Position numbers and translations under genes: made by a program. A stretch of DNA of 55,004 bases, the filler included, from Sphacelaria rigidula (lineage: Eukaryota): assembly GCA_964200075.2 (NCBI GenBank). It is 4 parts of 4 records of this genome, joined end to end, with 100 filler letters (N's around TTAATTAATTAA, not from the genome) between each part and the next. Parts side by side here need not be neighbours in the genome. Positions count along the whole stretch, not along the records: positions 27,557 to 41,233 come from CAXNAA020002730.1; positions 41,334 to 55,004 come from CAXNAA020002731.1; 2 more parts are not named here. One strand, 5' to 3'. This document shows, piece after piece, positions 37,863-49,649 of this stretch. The notes beneath the pieces were generated by a model. The model ran no database searches. It saw nothing but the letters and a program-made list of their open reading frames with translations, and was not told where the DNA came from. The number at the start of each line of letters is the position of its first letter. The stretch's first letter is position 1.

Positions 37863-39178
37863 CGTTTATTGTACGATATGTATCCCGCCACGGCAATCCC
37901 CGACAAAGTTGACACTGTGTGTTTCTAGTGGCAGTAGAACGAGTACTGTAGTACTGACTTTATGGTGCGAATCACGCCTCGGCAGGGCTAGAGTACCTGC
38001 GATCCTTCCGTGAAATCGTTTCAGATTACGACCCACACTCTGTCCTATTCTGGAACCAAGTGAAAACTCCGCATAACGGCCATCACGCGCCTGTCAGAGA
38101 AAGGTCGGTATCTTCACGTGGGAGCACGCGCCGTGAGAGTATCCCGGTTGATTCTGATAGAAGAAAACTACAGCAACCGCTCCTGTCATTCTCAGACCAT
38201 CTTGGTAATCGCCACGCCAAGTCTGGCACTGTGAGGGAGGAGACGTTGCCTCCTGCGCAAACAGGTCCGCAGTGGTCCTTGTCAGGAGACACTCTTCTCA
38301 CACTCTTCTCTTGCGGCTTACGCCGTTCGGCCACGTCTTGCTCGATATGGCGTGTAAAACCCAAGACCATCTGCCTCTAACATACGGAGAACCTGAACTG
38401 GTGATTATTTCCCGTCTTGGTGCCAGCGTCAACCGACAGGGAGCCGACGTAAACATCAAGGATGGCAAGATCTACCCCTGTCTCCGCGCGGATTTCGTAT
38501 CATTACCCTCTGAAACTGTCATTGGAAAGTGTTTTAGTTTTTTCAGAATCACCGCAGCATCGTGCATAATCGTCCTTTCAAGCCACGCAGCGCGCAATAC
38601 GCTTTTTGGTCGCCGAAACTGCTGTCAACTCCTGCCTGTGGTTTCAATCCCCACATACGTCAAGTTTCAGCATCATCAGACACCAGGTGCGCTGTGTTGG
38701 GGCGCCGAATCTCCGAAAATACCGCCTCCATATTATTGAAAAAGAACAACACAGACAGATGGTTCACATTAAGGCGGGTGCATTTTTACAACTAGCAAAA
38801 AATCCACCTCAGTGAGGGGTAAGTCGTGACGAACCATTAGCACTCGCTTTACAGTATACTCGCTGGCCGCCTTACAGTTTTGTGCCGCATGGGTGCAGGT
38901 CCGCCACTGTGATTCTCCTTGAGAGGACGCGATGACGGCCTTCCGACCAAGTTGTGAATACGCTAACAAACAGGTCGTTGCGTTACGCGCGTTCTATGCT
39001 GCTGGCGAACACACAGGCATTTGCAGGTTTCATCGCTGGCAGGACAGTGGGTAAGGTGCTCCTCAGCTCATGCGCCGACCGTCGTTTCATGAATCTCGGC
39101 AAGCTTATGGCGTGGGGGTTGGCGCTCATCGCTGTGACTCAGCTCTGGCTAGGATTTACCGTTGGCCCCGGCGGAAGG
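31019..39178 (+). CDS. Major facilitator superfamily-like transporter, partial. Exons 31019-31180 and 39017-39178
   Basis: Exon A is ..FADGILASYVLPFAPLLLL..VARLWSQ|gt. Exon B is cag|AFAGFIAGRTVGKVLLSSCADRRFMNLGKLMAWGLALIAVTQLWLGFT..|gtgagt. The phase-0 join gives TM1, TM2, a motif-A-like ADRR loop and TM3. The start and any intervening exons are uncertain. Confidence 0.65.
31577..31749. mobile_element. Tourist-like MITE (173 bp)
   Basis: TTA|ggccaactcttatgggagc ... gctcccataagagttggcc|TTA: a perfect 19-bp TIR and TTA TSD. Confidence 0.92.
32006..32112. mobile_element. piggyBac-type MITE with degenerate right end
   Basis: ttaa|ccctt..gaccgcgagggtaggtca..gatcggcatcaa..cttgaaaaaagtatgcgtgatccagatggactac. 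Confidence 0.8.
33136..33238. mobile_element. piggyBac-type MITE
   Basis: TTAA|cccttagaccgc ... gcggtcaaaggg|TTAA. Confidence 0.92.
33741..33837. mobile_element. piggyBac-type MITE
   Basis: TTAA|cccttagacagcgagagtag ... ctaccctcgcagtctaaggg|TTAA. Confidence 0.92.
35345..36195. mobile_element. Two direct copies (~35345-35708 and ~35807-36195) of a TIR element with internal cagaacttacagaact/gggtacggg sub-repeats
   Basis: Ends resemble aggttgtgttctgtagggta and taccctacagaacacaacct. The internal blocks align between the two copies. No clear TSD. Confidence 0.75.
36488..37094. mobile_element. Non-autonomous mariner-like TIR element (CGAGCTGGGCCAGC family) with a tRNA-like segment
   Basis: cgagcggggccagc ... 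gctggcccagctcg|ta. The internal part 36660-36930 resembles 20318-20590. Confidence 0.7.
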
Positions 39179-39312
39179 GTGAGTGGGCAGAGTGCTGGTA
39201 CCTCAAAATTGCAACGCAAAACTTCCCGTGTTCTCAATGCATCTGTACAAGGTGAGGGAAGCAAGTGTGACCCCCCCCCCCCCGGTATCAGACGGAACAA
39301 GGACCTGCGGCA

Positions 39313-39463
39313 GGGGGGGGGGGGCGTACTCATTTGTTGCTTGCCTTAGTCGTTTGACCATCGACCACGCATCCCTTTCGAGACGGCAGGGGCGGGGGCG
39401 TACTCACGTCTTGCCTGCCTTAGCCGTTTCACCATTGACCACGCATCCCTTTCGAGACGGAGC
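39313..39463 (+). repeat. Short repeat family C (~72 bp), tandem pair; other copies at 13590-13663 and 33558-33627
   Basis: Near-identical G(n)cgtactcatttgttgcttgccttagtcgtttgaccattgaccacgcatccctttcgagacggagc in four places on two scaffolds. Confidence 0.92.
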
Positions 39464-41183
39464 AGGGGGGGGGGCAGGATCTGGAGGATACCCTAGGCAA
39501 GGTGTGCGTTCGTGATCTAGGAATAGCGCCGTGGAACCGGCGCCGTGCGGCGTTAACTGCGTAAAAATACATGCTGCGTACGCTGGCGAGTGCTCGGGAC
39601 CGTTAGCGCCTTGAATCCCAGATCTTGCGCGTCCACACTAAACACGAGCCGGGCTGACGAAACTGTTGAATTATTTTTGGCGGAAGGCCTTGCGTAAACC
39701 TTTTTGTAAGAATGAAGTACCCGAACAAAAAACCTCAACGTCGTTTCACCATGCACGCAAAAGCGGTAATGAAACGCTCATCACGAGCAAGCGAACGTGC
39801 TGAAGGGAGAGGCATACACAGTAGACGGAGACGAGACAGCGAGCAACAAGAGGAAGGTGGGGACCCTCAAGCATTCCGATTATTTGGTCAGCTTTCACAG
39901 AAAATCGGGTGATTGGTCCACACCGTGATGGTTGGTCGGTGCTGGTTGTTGGAAGACCAAACACGGGGGAGGGGGAGGGGGAGGGGGAGGGGGCTGTTTA
40001 TTTGGCAGCTGGGTTGCGGTGACCGCTGGGTTAGCCGTGGCTAGGCCGCAAAGATAATGTGCGAAAATGAAGGTGAACGGCGAAATTTCAAGGTACGTGA
40101 ACGGTCGATCCCTCAACCATGGTATGCGGAGGATAACTTAGCTTTCGATGCTGCGCGAAGGCAGATTTTTTTTTCTGTTGCTGTGATACGCCTCGGTAAA
40201 TATTTTGAGTCAACGTAATTAATGTTTTTGTTCATTTTTTGTCAGAGGTAGAGAAGCCTCCGGTCATATATATATATATACATATATGATGTATGGTGAA
40301 TGAACCACCTGCGTGATCTAGGCGTCAAGACTGTATTCAAGTCCCAAATGGACAGGGTATTAGGTGTTGAAGGTTCTCGCTAGACAAGCGAAGGGAAGGG
40401 GACTAGGCTGTTACCTGTAACGTATGATCATTTATCATATGGGTACATGACACAATCGGATCTGTATTTGCTCTGTCGAAAGCTCACTCGAAGAGAGAAC
40501 GTACGGTGCTTTCTCTCGCAAAGGGCTTCATCAAGCCGCACTTGGAACCATTCTTCGAAAAAAGCCCCTCCCCCCCCCCCCCCCCTCCGCCCCTTCCAAA
40601 GAACGGTGCCATATGGATCATGGTTGAAAAATTTCATGGCGAGTGAAAGCCCAAAGGTGTTGAAGACATCAGCAACTCGAGGATATAATATTGGCGCCGC
40701 GTAATCAGGGTTGAATCACGTGCTGTATCGTTACGATCCGTCTTCTTGGTCGATATCTTGTGGGTACACAGCGTTTGCATCTACAGAGTCAACCGTGCCT
40801 AACGAGACGCAAATACGAAGATAAACAAAGAACGACCCGCTTCTTTGTTGTGACCCCCTTGCTATAAAGCACTTCCTCCCTTCCGTCAGCACCACAGTGG
40901 TGACCCCCACAGCAGGAAATCTCAGGTGACGCAACAGGCCCACGCTGTAGCTAAATGGTTTGACGAAGAGTGATGCTACAACAGGGGGGGGGGGAGGGTA
41001 TTCTGGGCCATTTCTTCCACGAAATTCTACCTCAAATCGTGGTTGAGAGCAGCAATGTTTGCTTAAACGCGCTTGTTACCAATGAGACAGTCATTCATAC
41101 CACTTGATACTGTTGTCACCTGAACACAAACGCACCGCTCGTGTGACACACCTGTGAGCCCCTGTTGTCCGTGAAATCGAACT

Positions 41184-41214
<31 letters not shown>

Positions 41215-41233
41215 ACCACCTCGCGCAGGCTCC

Positions 41234-41333
41234 NNNNNNNNNNNNNNNNNNNNNNNNNNNNNNNNNNNNNNNNNNNNTTAATTAATTAANNNNNNNNNNN
41301 NNNNNNNNNNNNNNNNNNNNNNNNNNNNNNNNN
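41234..41333. other. Artificial scaffold linker
   Basis: 44 N + TTAATTAATTAA + 44 N. Confidence 0.98.
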
Positions 41334-41399
41334 TTTTTTCTTGCAACCAAATACCCCCCCCCCCTATCGTAGGATGACTCTCGCCTGGACCTCGAACCA

Positions 41400-41900
41400 G
41401 CAATCCTCCCGTGTCCGTGGGCAGCGCGGATGGGAGTGGTGTCGGCCCCACGTACATCTCGCCAACTGATATCATACTGCCGGCAAAGGTGGCACATGAG
41501 CACACGCGAGGTCGGAGTTATTGGTGTAAGCTACTCCTGGCACATCAGATATAAGTCGCGAGTGATCAAATCCGATCCCGTACCTGCACGTCGGCCGAAG
41601 ACGCGGGCTAAGGATCGCGATACCTCGAGCAAATATTCGGTTTTTCGGGGGCTCACCTTTGACATCCCCGACTGAAGAACCTTAAAGAAGGATCTCTCCA
41701 CCATACGGCCCTCAACGTCGGTCGCGAGACCGCGGTTGTGGAGGAAGAGCTCCGTGGGACGATCAAGCTCGAGAGCGACCTCCGGTGGCTGCGTGCTCTC
41801 CACCCCGATCCCTATCACGACATCTCCCGGCAGGGGGAACCTGTCCGACGACAGTACGATGATCCCGACGTCATGACATATTCACCACAATTGATCACTG
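41400..41900 (-). pseudogene. Possible Helitron N-terminal Cys-rich fragment
   Basis: A coding-like frame with one internal stop, ending LMCHLCRQY..TPIRAAHG. This resembles the CxxC..P..A.aNG start of DUF6570 and is truncated abruptly. Confidence 0.3.
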
Positions 41901-42184
41901 TGAGGAGCACTCTGAATTCGATGATTCCCGCTCGAAGCTTGGCTGAGACTTGTCCCAACATGTTTTACCACGCAAGGCACGTGCAGGGGGGAGGGAAGGG
42001 GGGGGCTCTCACCGACAGATGCTGTATGTACATTACGGGGTTGACAGCACTGCATTTCTTCGTTGTGTCCTCAAATCTCGTAATAATGTTCAGTCGTGGC
42101 GGGAAAGCGAGGAACCGTGTAGTCATAATCATGGTCTGTGTCCTACAACCCATGTCACACTTTAGCGCAGTCAGCAATGCGATA

Positions 42185-43202
42185 CGAGCTGGGCCAGCCT
42201 AGGAGCGGATTTGAAGTTTGCAGGCCCATGCCCCCGCCAATACCTAGCGTCGGACCCTAAAATTTGGTATGGACAATGAATAGGGCGTGAAAAAAAGTAT
42301 TACATCGGCACCAGAAGTTTTTATCATTTGTTTCAGGTATCAGTAAAATACTAGAATCTCTATGACACTCCCGATCGATACATTTTGCGGATGGAGACGA
42401 ATGTTGGTGTGGAGAACGCAAAAGAGCTGAATAAAGAACAAAATGGGCCTGCATTTTGTTTTCGTAGAGGTTCAGGCGTTCTCGTGAAGAAATGGTCGTA
42501 TCTGAAAACTGACTACTGCCCAGCTGATACCTGAAAACTGATTATTGTCCTAGACTTATGAAATAAAAATAAAAATTTGTGCCGGTGTAATTTTTTTCCC
42601 ATGCCCTATGCATTGTCCATACCAAATTTCAAGGTCCAACCCCAAACATTGGCGGGAGCATGGGCCTTTTAAAAGTCGGATCGGTAGAAATTCGGAACAG
42701 TATTTCGCAGGCCACTCACTGGCCCATCTTTGATCTTCGTGCATTCTATTTTGGTTGGGCGCTCTCTGAGCGCATAATCAAGAGAACAAAGTGGGTCGGG
42801 TTGCTTGTCTTCATTTTTTTTCACTGGTTTAGGGCGTTATACTACGGTAAATACCATTCCTTCACAAGAACGCCTTGACCTCTACGAAAACAAAATGCAG
42901 GCCCATTTTGTTCTTTATTCGGCTCTTTTGAGTTCTCCACACCAAAATTCGTCTCCATCCGCAAAATGTATCGATCGGGAGTGTCATAGAGATTCTAGTA
43001 TTTGCGCTATCCCCCTTAGGTATAGGGATTACTAGGCATGGGGCTTAATCAACGAGAACATATGGGCCCAAACGTTTGAGCAGACGGGCACCTTGCCCTT
43101 GATTAGACGATTGATACGATATGTGGATCACGGCCCAACTCGTCTATGTCGATGAGATATTACTTATATAACTCAAATCCGTTTTTAGGCTGGCCCAGCT
43201 CG
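42185..43202. mobile_element. Mariner-like non-autonomous element with internal inverted repeats; a related copy starts at 43326
   Basis: ta|cgagctgggccagcct ... aggctggcccagctcg. The same terminus appears at 22060-22073, 27362 (variant), 36488, 37081 and 43326. Confidence 0.8.
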
Positions 43203-45310
43203 TTCAGCAGCAGTGTCGGCGGTTGGGCTCGGGATTTAGTCAGTCATATATCCCGCAACGTTTGCGGTTGACCTTCTAACGATATCCTCCGACTTACTCT
43301 AGCACGCCACTCAGGCCGCTTCCTACGAGCTCGGCCAGCCTGGAGGGGGATTTGAAGTTTGCAGGCCCATGCTCCCGCCAATATTTGGAGTTGGACCCTG
43401 AAATTCAGTGTTTACAACGAAAAGGGCATGAACAGAAAAAATTACCTCGGCACCATTTTTGTTTTGATGAGTGGAAGGCATTTTCCTGAAAGCCGAAAAC
43501 TGATTATTGCCCCGGACTGTTAGAAAAGACCTTTTTGGCACCGAGGCAATTTAGTTCTATGCCCCATTCGTTGTGCATACCAAATTTCAGGGTCCAACTC
43601 TAAATATTGGCGGGAGCATGGGCCTTCAGAAAACAGCATCGGTCGAAATTCGGAACAGTATTCCAAAGGCCACCCACCGGCCGGCGTGTGGTTTTCGTCT
43701 ATTGACATGTTGCGTGGGCGTTCTCCAAGGAAACATCAACAGAACAAAGCAGGTCAGTTCTTTAATTTTTTTTTCACAGGTTTAGGGCGTTCTAGTATGG
43801 TGAAGACCATTTCTTCACGTGAACAACGTAACCTCTACGCAAAAATCTTGGAAAATGGAGGCCCACTTGTTTCTCTACTCGCAACACTGTTGTGGCTCTC
43901 CGTGCCGAGTTTCAAATCATAATTCTAAAAATTGAGCCAAAATATCGAGATGATGCCCAAGAGCAACGTTCGTTTCCCCCCAAAACCCCACTAAAAACAC
44001 AAAAAATATATACAAAAATGAAGGTAAAAATCGTCGCTCTTTTGTATTTTTCCCATGCCTGAAGTCGTCGGGATATAGGGTGCAAGGAGTAGAGGCAGAT
44101 ATTTTACGAACCCCGCAAAGCCCACCAGACTTTTTGAATCCCTCCAGAGATATTTCACGAACCCCATATGAGGGGGAAGGTGATGGGTATGGGGAGCGCC
44201 TCATTCCATTGACTCGACACGAAACAGCCAACACCCCATGTGTAGAGAGCACTGCGTGCCAACAATATTTTGATCAGGCACTCCCACCGGAGATCAAACT
44301 GTCTCCACAAAGGCCTCAAGACGCCACAGCGCAGCGACACCTGCAACGTACAAGACAGACCATGAGAGCGTCTGAGCTACAGCACAGTCATACAGCGCAT
44401 GCCCCATTCGATAGTCCTTGCCCTGATTTCAGATGGGTCCTCGATTTTTGCCCAGCGGCAATTTTCAAATGCTCGGCCATACTCCGGATTGCCGCGAAAA
44501 TGCTTTACTTCACTTTGAGTTACCCCTATCTGTGGGAGGTGAGCAGCTTTTTCGGGGTTTTATTATTGTCTGTTACACGGAGCGGCCTCACGAGCGACTC
44601 GATACAGTACAGGCAGACCCTACTGTACCGCTCAAGAGGGGCGAGGTCGGTTGTTCTCAGGTGTCCGTACACGTTAAAAGAAACGTGGTGGAGTCAATAC
44701 ACAACCTTCGGGCCTACTACGTGGTTCCGAGGCGGATCGCCCAACACATTTCTGAACCACGACAAATACACAGGACAGAGAGGACCAACGCAGCCCACTC
44801 TTCACAGTATTTGCCCGTTCGGACTGAAACGAGACTGGCCCGAACACAAACTGGAGTAAAAACCACAGCTGGTCGTGCCGTCACGTTACTTCGTCCAATA
44901 ATCCCTGATAAAAATAAAACACCATCGACCGATTTCAGAGGCGGGTAATTGTACGCAAAAAACTGGTAAAAGTGACAGAAAAAAATAGCGAGTGGCGGAC
45001 TCTGAGCCTGTAGGCTGTACCAACGGTCGAATATCGACATGGTGGAACGGACAGTTTGGACGAGCAATCTACCCTATTATGACACGTAATGGTCCTGTAT
45101 GAAGAGACATTCGCGATTGATTAGACCACGACTTCAATGACAATTCGTCAACACCGCTTTGTACCACGCGGCCAGTGGTGGCCTCGTTGCAACTTACCAA
45201 GCACCAAAAATATATATCATCGCGTCGCATTACCCGTGATCCAGCTATAAACGAGCTCGGTCACACATATGCAGGACTCGCGAAAAAGAAAGTAGTCCAT
45301 GTGTTCTAGA

Positions 45311-45762
45311 CTCGAAACACGGGAACTTACATGGGGATGGATCATTTATTGGGGATGAGAAACCCGGAGGATAAAAATCTTCGTATCCGCACCAGATACT
45401 CGAAAGATGATTCCATTTCTTCACCTACTGATAGATATTGATATCTGCTACACGCCATAGAAATTTGGATTTCGATCACCCAAATGTCGGGGTCCTAGGT
45501 GAAAAAAACAATGTCGGAACCATTTTGGCGTCCGCTCGGACACCCGGAATACCACAAAACTCTTTTTTCACGTAGGACCCCAACATTTTGGTGTTCGAAA
45601 TCCAAATTTCTATGGCGTGTAACAGTTGTCAATAGCTATCAGTAGGTGAAGAAATGGAACCATATTTCAAATATTTGGTGCGGATACGAAGATTTTAATC
45701 TTCCGGGTTTCTCATCCCCAATAAATGATCCATCCCCAATTTGTAAGATCCCGTGTTTCGAG
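45311..45762. mobile_element. ~450 bp palindromic MITE, same family as 15892-16341
   Basis: Termini ctcgaaacacggga and tcccgtgtttcgag, with long complementary arms. Confidence 0.9.
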
Positions 45763-46643
45763 GGCCAGGAACGTTGGAACACTCATGGCAAATTCCCGAC
45801 ATAGACACAGAAACCAAGACCGAAATACATACAAAACCAGGGGCACGCTAGGCAACAGCGAAAACGAAATATCCGCAACATAAAGCAGAGAAACAACACG
45901 TGGAAACCGTCCTTGTAAACGGGAGCGGTTATCGTGAGTATGAAGCAAGCAGGGTCAAAAGTTTCAGTCAAGATTGTCAAAACATTCCAGGCAAACCCAT
46001 GTCAATATTCAACTCGACGTGGTACGCACACAAAAAGGGGACACGTCATTACCGATCCTGAAGGGGGGGCGGTATGCGTGTACGGAGCGGTTGGGCAAGA
46101 GCGCAATTATTCAAGACGGGGAGGTCAGGAATATCTAGCGCTCGCTCCTAAAACTCTCGACCGAAAAGACAATAATATATATATATATTACACAAAGACA
46201 AAAGGTGCGTACAACGAAAAACAAATGAAGAAATAACTAACTTGTGGCAACTGTTCCAGCAGACGGAATGGTTGCGAATGTACGGCGCGGAGGACGAGGT
46301 TCAAGGTTCCAGACTCGGGGTCAGGAATGGAACGGTCGTCACTTATACTTTGCCGGATGAACCCAGAATTAAGCACGAAGATTACCCGTTAAACACAAAA
46401 AATAGAACACAAAGCACGAGACGAAAAGAGAAGAAAATAATAAAAGAAAACAAGAGAAGAAAAACAGAGAAAAACAAAGACAAAAACAAATCAAAACAAA
46501 TGACGCAAAGGCAAAGAAAACCGAAACTCAAAATCAGATCCAAAGCAACAAAAACAAAACTCAACACAAAAATATACAAAGTACAAAAACAAAAGACCAA
46601 ATACAACATACAAAACACAACATCAACCACTACAAGTACGGGG

Positions 46644-49289
46644 CTAATCAGTACGGAAAACAAATAAAGGGGGGGAGGGGGGGGGGGACACATGGTTTTT
46701 CAACGACGCTACGGTGCAAGACAAGCGACTCGAACGCGGTACACTGCGCAAGGTGAATGAGGAAGCAGACTCGGATGCGGCATCATGAGTCATCTGCATC
46801 CCAAGCGGTGTCCGTGTTCCGTAGAACGGCTGTTTCGAGTTCGCCTTGGTCGTGTCGTTGGAGGCACCAGGATCCACTCCGAGCAGTCGGCTCCTCGGTG
46901 TAGTAAGCATCATCCAAGCGAATCTTAAGGGGGCTCGGGTCATCGAGGAACGGATAGAGTAGGAGTGATCAGACGGAGGATCGACCGAATGAATTTTACC
47001 CAACCACCACAGTGAATCCAAGGCCTTATACCAAAAATACGCCCCTTTCAGCAATCGTTTTCCGTGAAAACACTTCATGTATTGTGAACGCGAAAGAAGG
47101 CTATAGCCTGTCACAACAAACCGCGCTGAGTGTTCACGTGCCAGTTCCCGAGCGGCAGCTCCCTTGCGCATCGACCGATATATTGTTTTCAGCGGGCGGT
47201 GTTGGACGGTATCTCCTACCCCGTACAGAAATATTTCCCGACGAAAATGACGCAAATCAACTTCACGCTCCCATGTGACACGCATGATACCCTTCCAATG
47301 TGCTTGATACATTATCGCTATCTTACCTCCACGACCGCGAAGCAGTTGATGGCCTGAAATCCTATCTACCTCGACGCGTTCCAGGGGTGCGTCCGCATCC
47401 TCAACCGTCATATCATACGGCGGAGTTTTGATCGCATACTTGGTCAACACATACTGGCTAAGCCCTAGCGGCAGTTGTTTGGGCACGTCGGAGGAATCAT
47501 GAGGGGGGATACACGGTCTGCATCGTAGCATCGAGACACGATTTTTCGGTTTCAAACCAGGTTCATCCGTAGGAAAACCTGAATACAAAAGTGTCACTCC
47601 CACCGGACTCTTGTCGGGTGCGGTACCGCTTGGACCAACAACTAAAATTTCACAAGGACCAGTCCAATTCAGGGGTAGTGTCGTCTTCAACACTTTGTCC
47701 AAAGACGATGATTTCGAGCTAGCCCCGTGATTGGTGGTCCTCACATCGTTATACACCCATGCCCATTGACCTACCTTCCACACCGGGCGGTTATGTACCA
47801 CATCATCCAACATCGAGTTCGCCCTGGCCACCTTGGCCAAATTGATTTGGTTCGGTTCTCGTACCACTTCATATGCAAGACGAAGGCGATTGCTAACCCA
47901 CAAACGATACTCTACAACATCACGATCTAGACTCTGATGTCCGCCTGTATTTTTGCGTTCGAATACCGGTAAAGGTAACCTAGGCATGCATCCAATATGA
48001 ATTTCATTCGGCGACAATCCCGTAGCGGCATTGACTTGACTGTTATAGTTCATCTGGACAAGGGGCAGGTGCAGGTCCCAGTCCATCTGTCTCTCATTTG
48101 CTACAGCAGCAAGCATTTGTACCATCGTATGGTTCACTCGTTCCGTTCCACCATTGGTGGAAGGGTGATATGAACTAGTAAAACTGCGATGGGCACCCAA
48201 AATGTCACTGACGGCGGCTGAAAGTATGCCTGAAACATGCGGGCCGTTGTCAGACAGTAAGCGTTTGGGCACACCCCACTGCGGGATGTACATGTAGACA
48301 AGAATGTTGGCGGTACCTTCCGCGGTATAACTACTGGGGGGGACGGCGTGCATCATCGCATGTCGACTAAATCTATCCGTAAACAACAAAATATACTTAT
48401 TTCTACTATCCGTCAGGGGCAAACGACCAAAATAGTCCCACGAAACTACTCCACCAGGTCCGTTTGGGAGTGGCATGGAAACAATCGGCCAACGAACTGT
48501 TTGACGAGAAGTTTTTCGCGCCTGACACAAAAGACAACGTCTCACCCACCATCGACAGCACTGATCCACACAAATCCACCAATAAGAACGTTCCAACATC
48601 TGGGAGGTCCTAATGGTGCCTAAGTGAGTCGATGCCTGTGGATGGCATTCGTGTAGAACCCATGGGCGCAGGAGCATCGGGACATAGATACGGACGGGTT
48701 CATCACCTAGCAAGCGGGCATGTCGACTTGTAGGCTTCCCCCTGGGGAGGGCTGCTGTGGGCCGGCGAACTAACAGAACTATACCATCATCATTCGTATG
48801 TAGCATACCATTCCTTGAAAGTTCAGTAACTTCATCCTGTGTGGGCGCTTTGAAATTCCCGACTGGCAAAAGGAATTCGGTTTCTGAGAATAGACATGGG
48901 CAACCTTTAGATGGATAATGGATAGCTGATGTACAAGCAGGTTCTACCTGTTGCTCCCGGGCCCAATCGGCGTGGGAGAAGAGAGTCAATTGTTCCTTGA
49001 ATACACCATTTTTTGAAGCGTCTACTTCGTGTTGGGTCGGTTCGGGGTGGGGTTGGCACGAAGCTGTGATTTCGGAATCAAGGGTGAGCCTACTAGTTGG
49101 TGTACTCTCAGACGGAAAGTTAACGTCTACTCCTGCGTCGATTAGCGTGGAGGGTGTTGTGGTGGTGTTTTCAATGTCATCACCAAGAAAGGGGGGCACG
49201 GCCGTGGTTTCGGCTATGGTTGGCAGGGGCGGTAGGGTCGGGGTCGATTTTCGGGGGGGCCTTGCGTCGCGGAGGCTGCGGGGGCTCAA
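46644..49289 (-). pseudogene. pol: Gypsy integrase with HHCC, DDE core, GPY/F-like motif and chromodomain; frameshifted relative to RT-RNase H
   Basis: HECHPQASTHLG..CLLCQ zinc finger; WDYFG, SDNG and GTERVN triad; NWTGPCEI; EVDRISGHQ..YQAHWKG..TWE chromodomain-like segment. Confidence 0.92.
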
Positions 49290-49649
49290 GAAAACTATCG
49301 GGGACCGGGGTGGGGGCAGGGAGGGGAAGATCAGGACCAGATACGGCTAGTTTGGTGGCCGTTTCGGCGGTTCGCCGTCCACGAGTCCTACTCGGAATCA
49401 AATCTCGAACTTGAACTGACAAGACGGAGTCAGCAAAGGACGGCTCTACACCTGCTGCGAAAACCATGTGCTGGCCAGTTGCACGAAAATGATCATAGCC
49501 AACAGTATCCGTAGACAGTCTATTCCAAACTGAGTACAACGATTGAGATTGCAAGCTGCCTAGGACTGATGCGTGGGCTGTGGTCGTCAGCCCACCCATG
49601 CCTAAAGCCGGCGTTTCTCTCAGTGAAAGTGGTGTGTAGAGACCTCTAT

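Noticed and set aside
37627..37930. Poly-Gly/poly-Pro ORFs and a ~70-bp duplication
   Set aside because: G homopolymers beside a 10-N gap. The two copies look like error-rich read ends of the same sequence.
5798..39178. IDH + GT2 + MFS as a metabolic gene cluster
   Set aside because: The three genes are on different, artificially joined scaffolds.
46242..46693. Lys-rich and Phe-rich ORFs
   Set aside because: These are by-products of an A-rich low-complexity tract.
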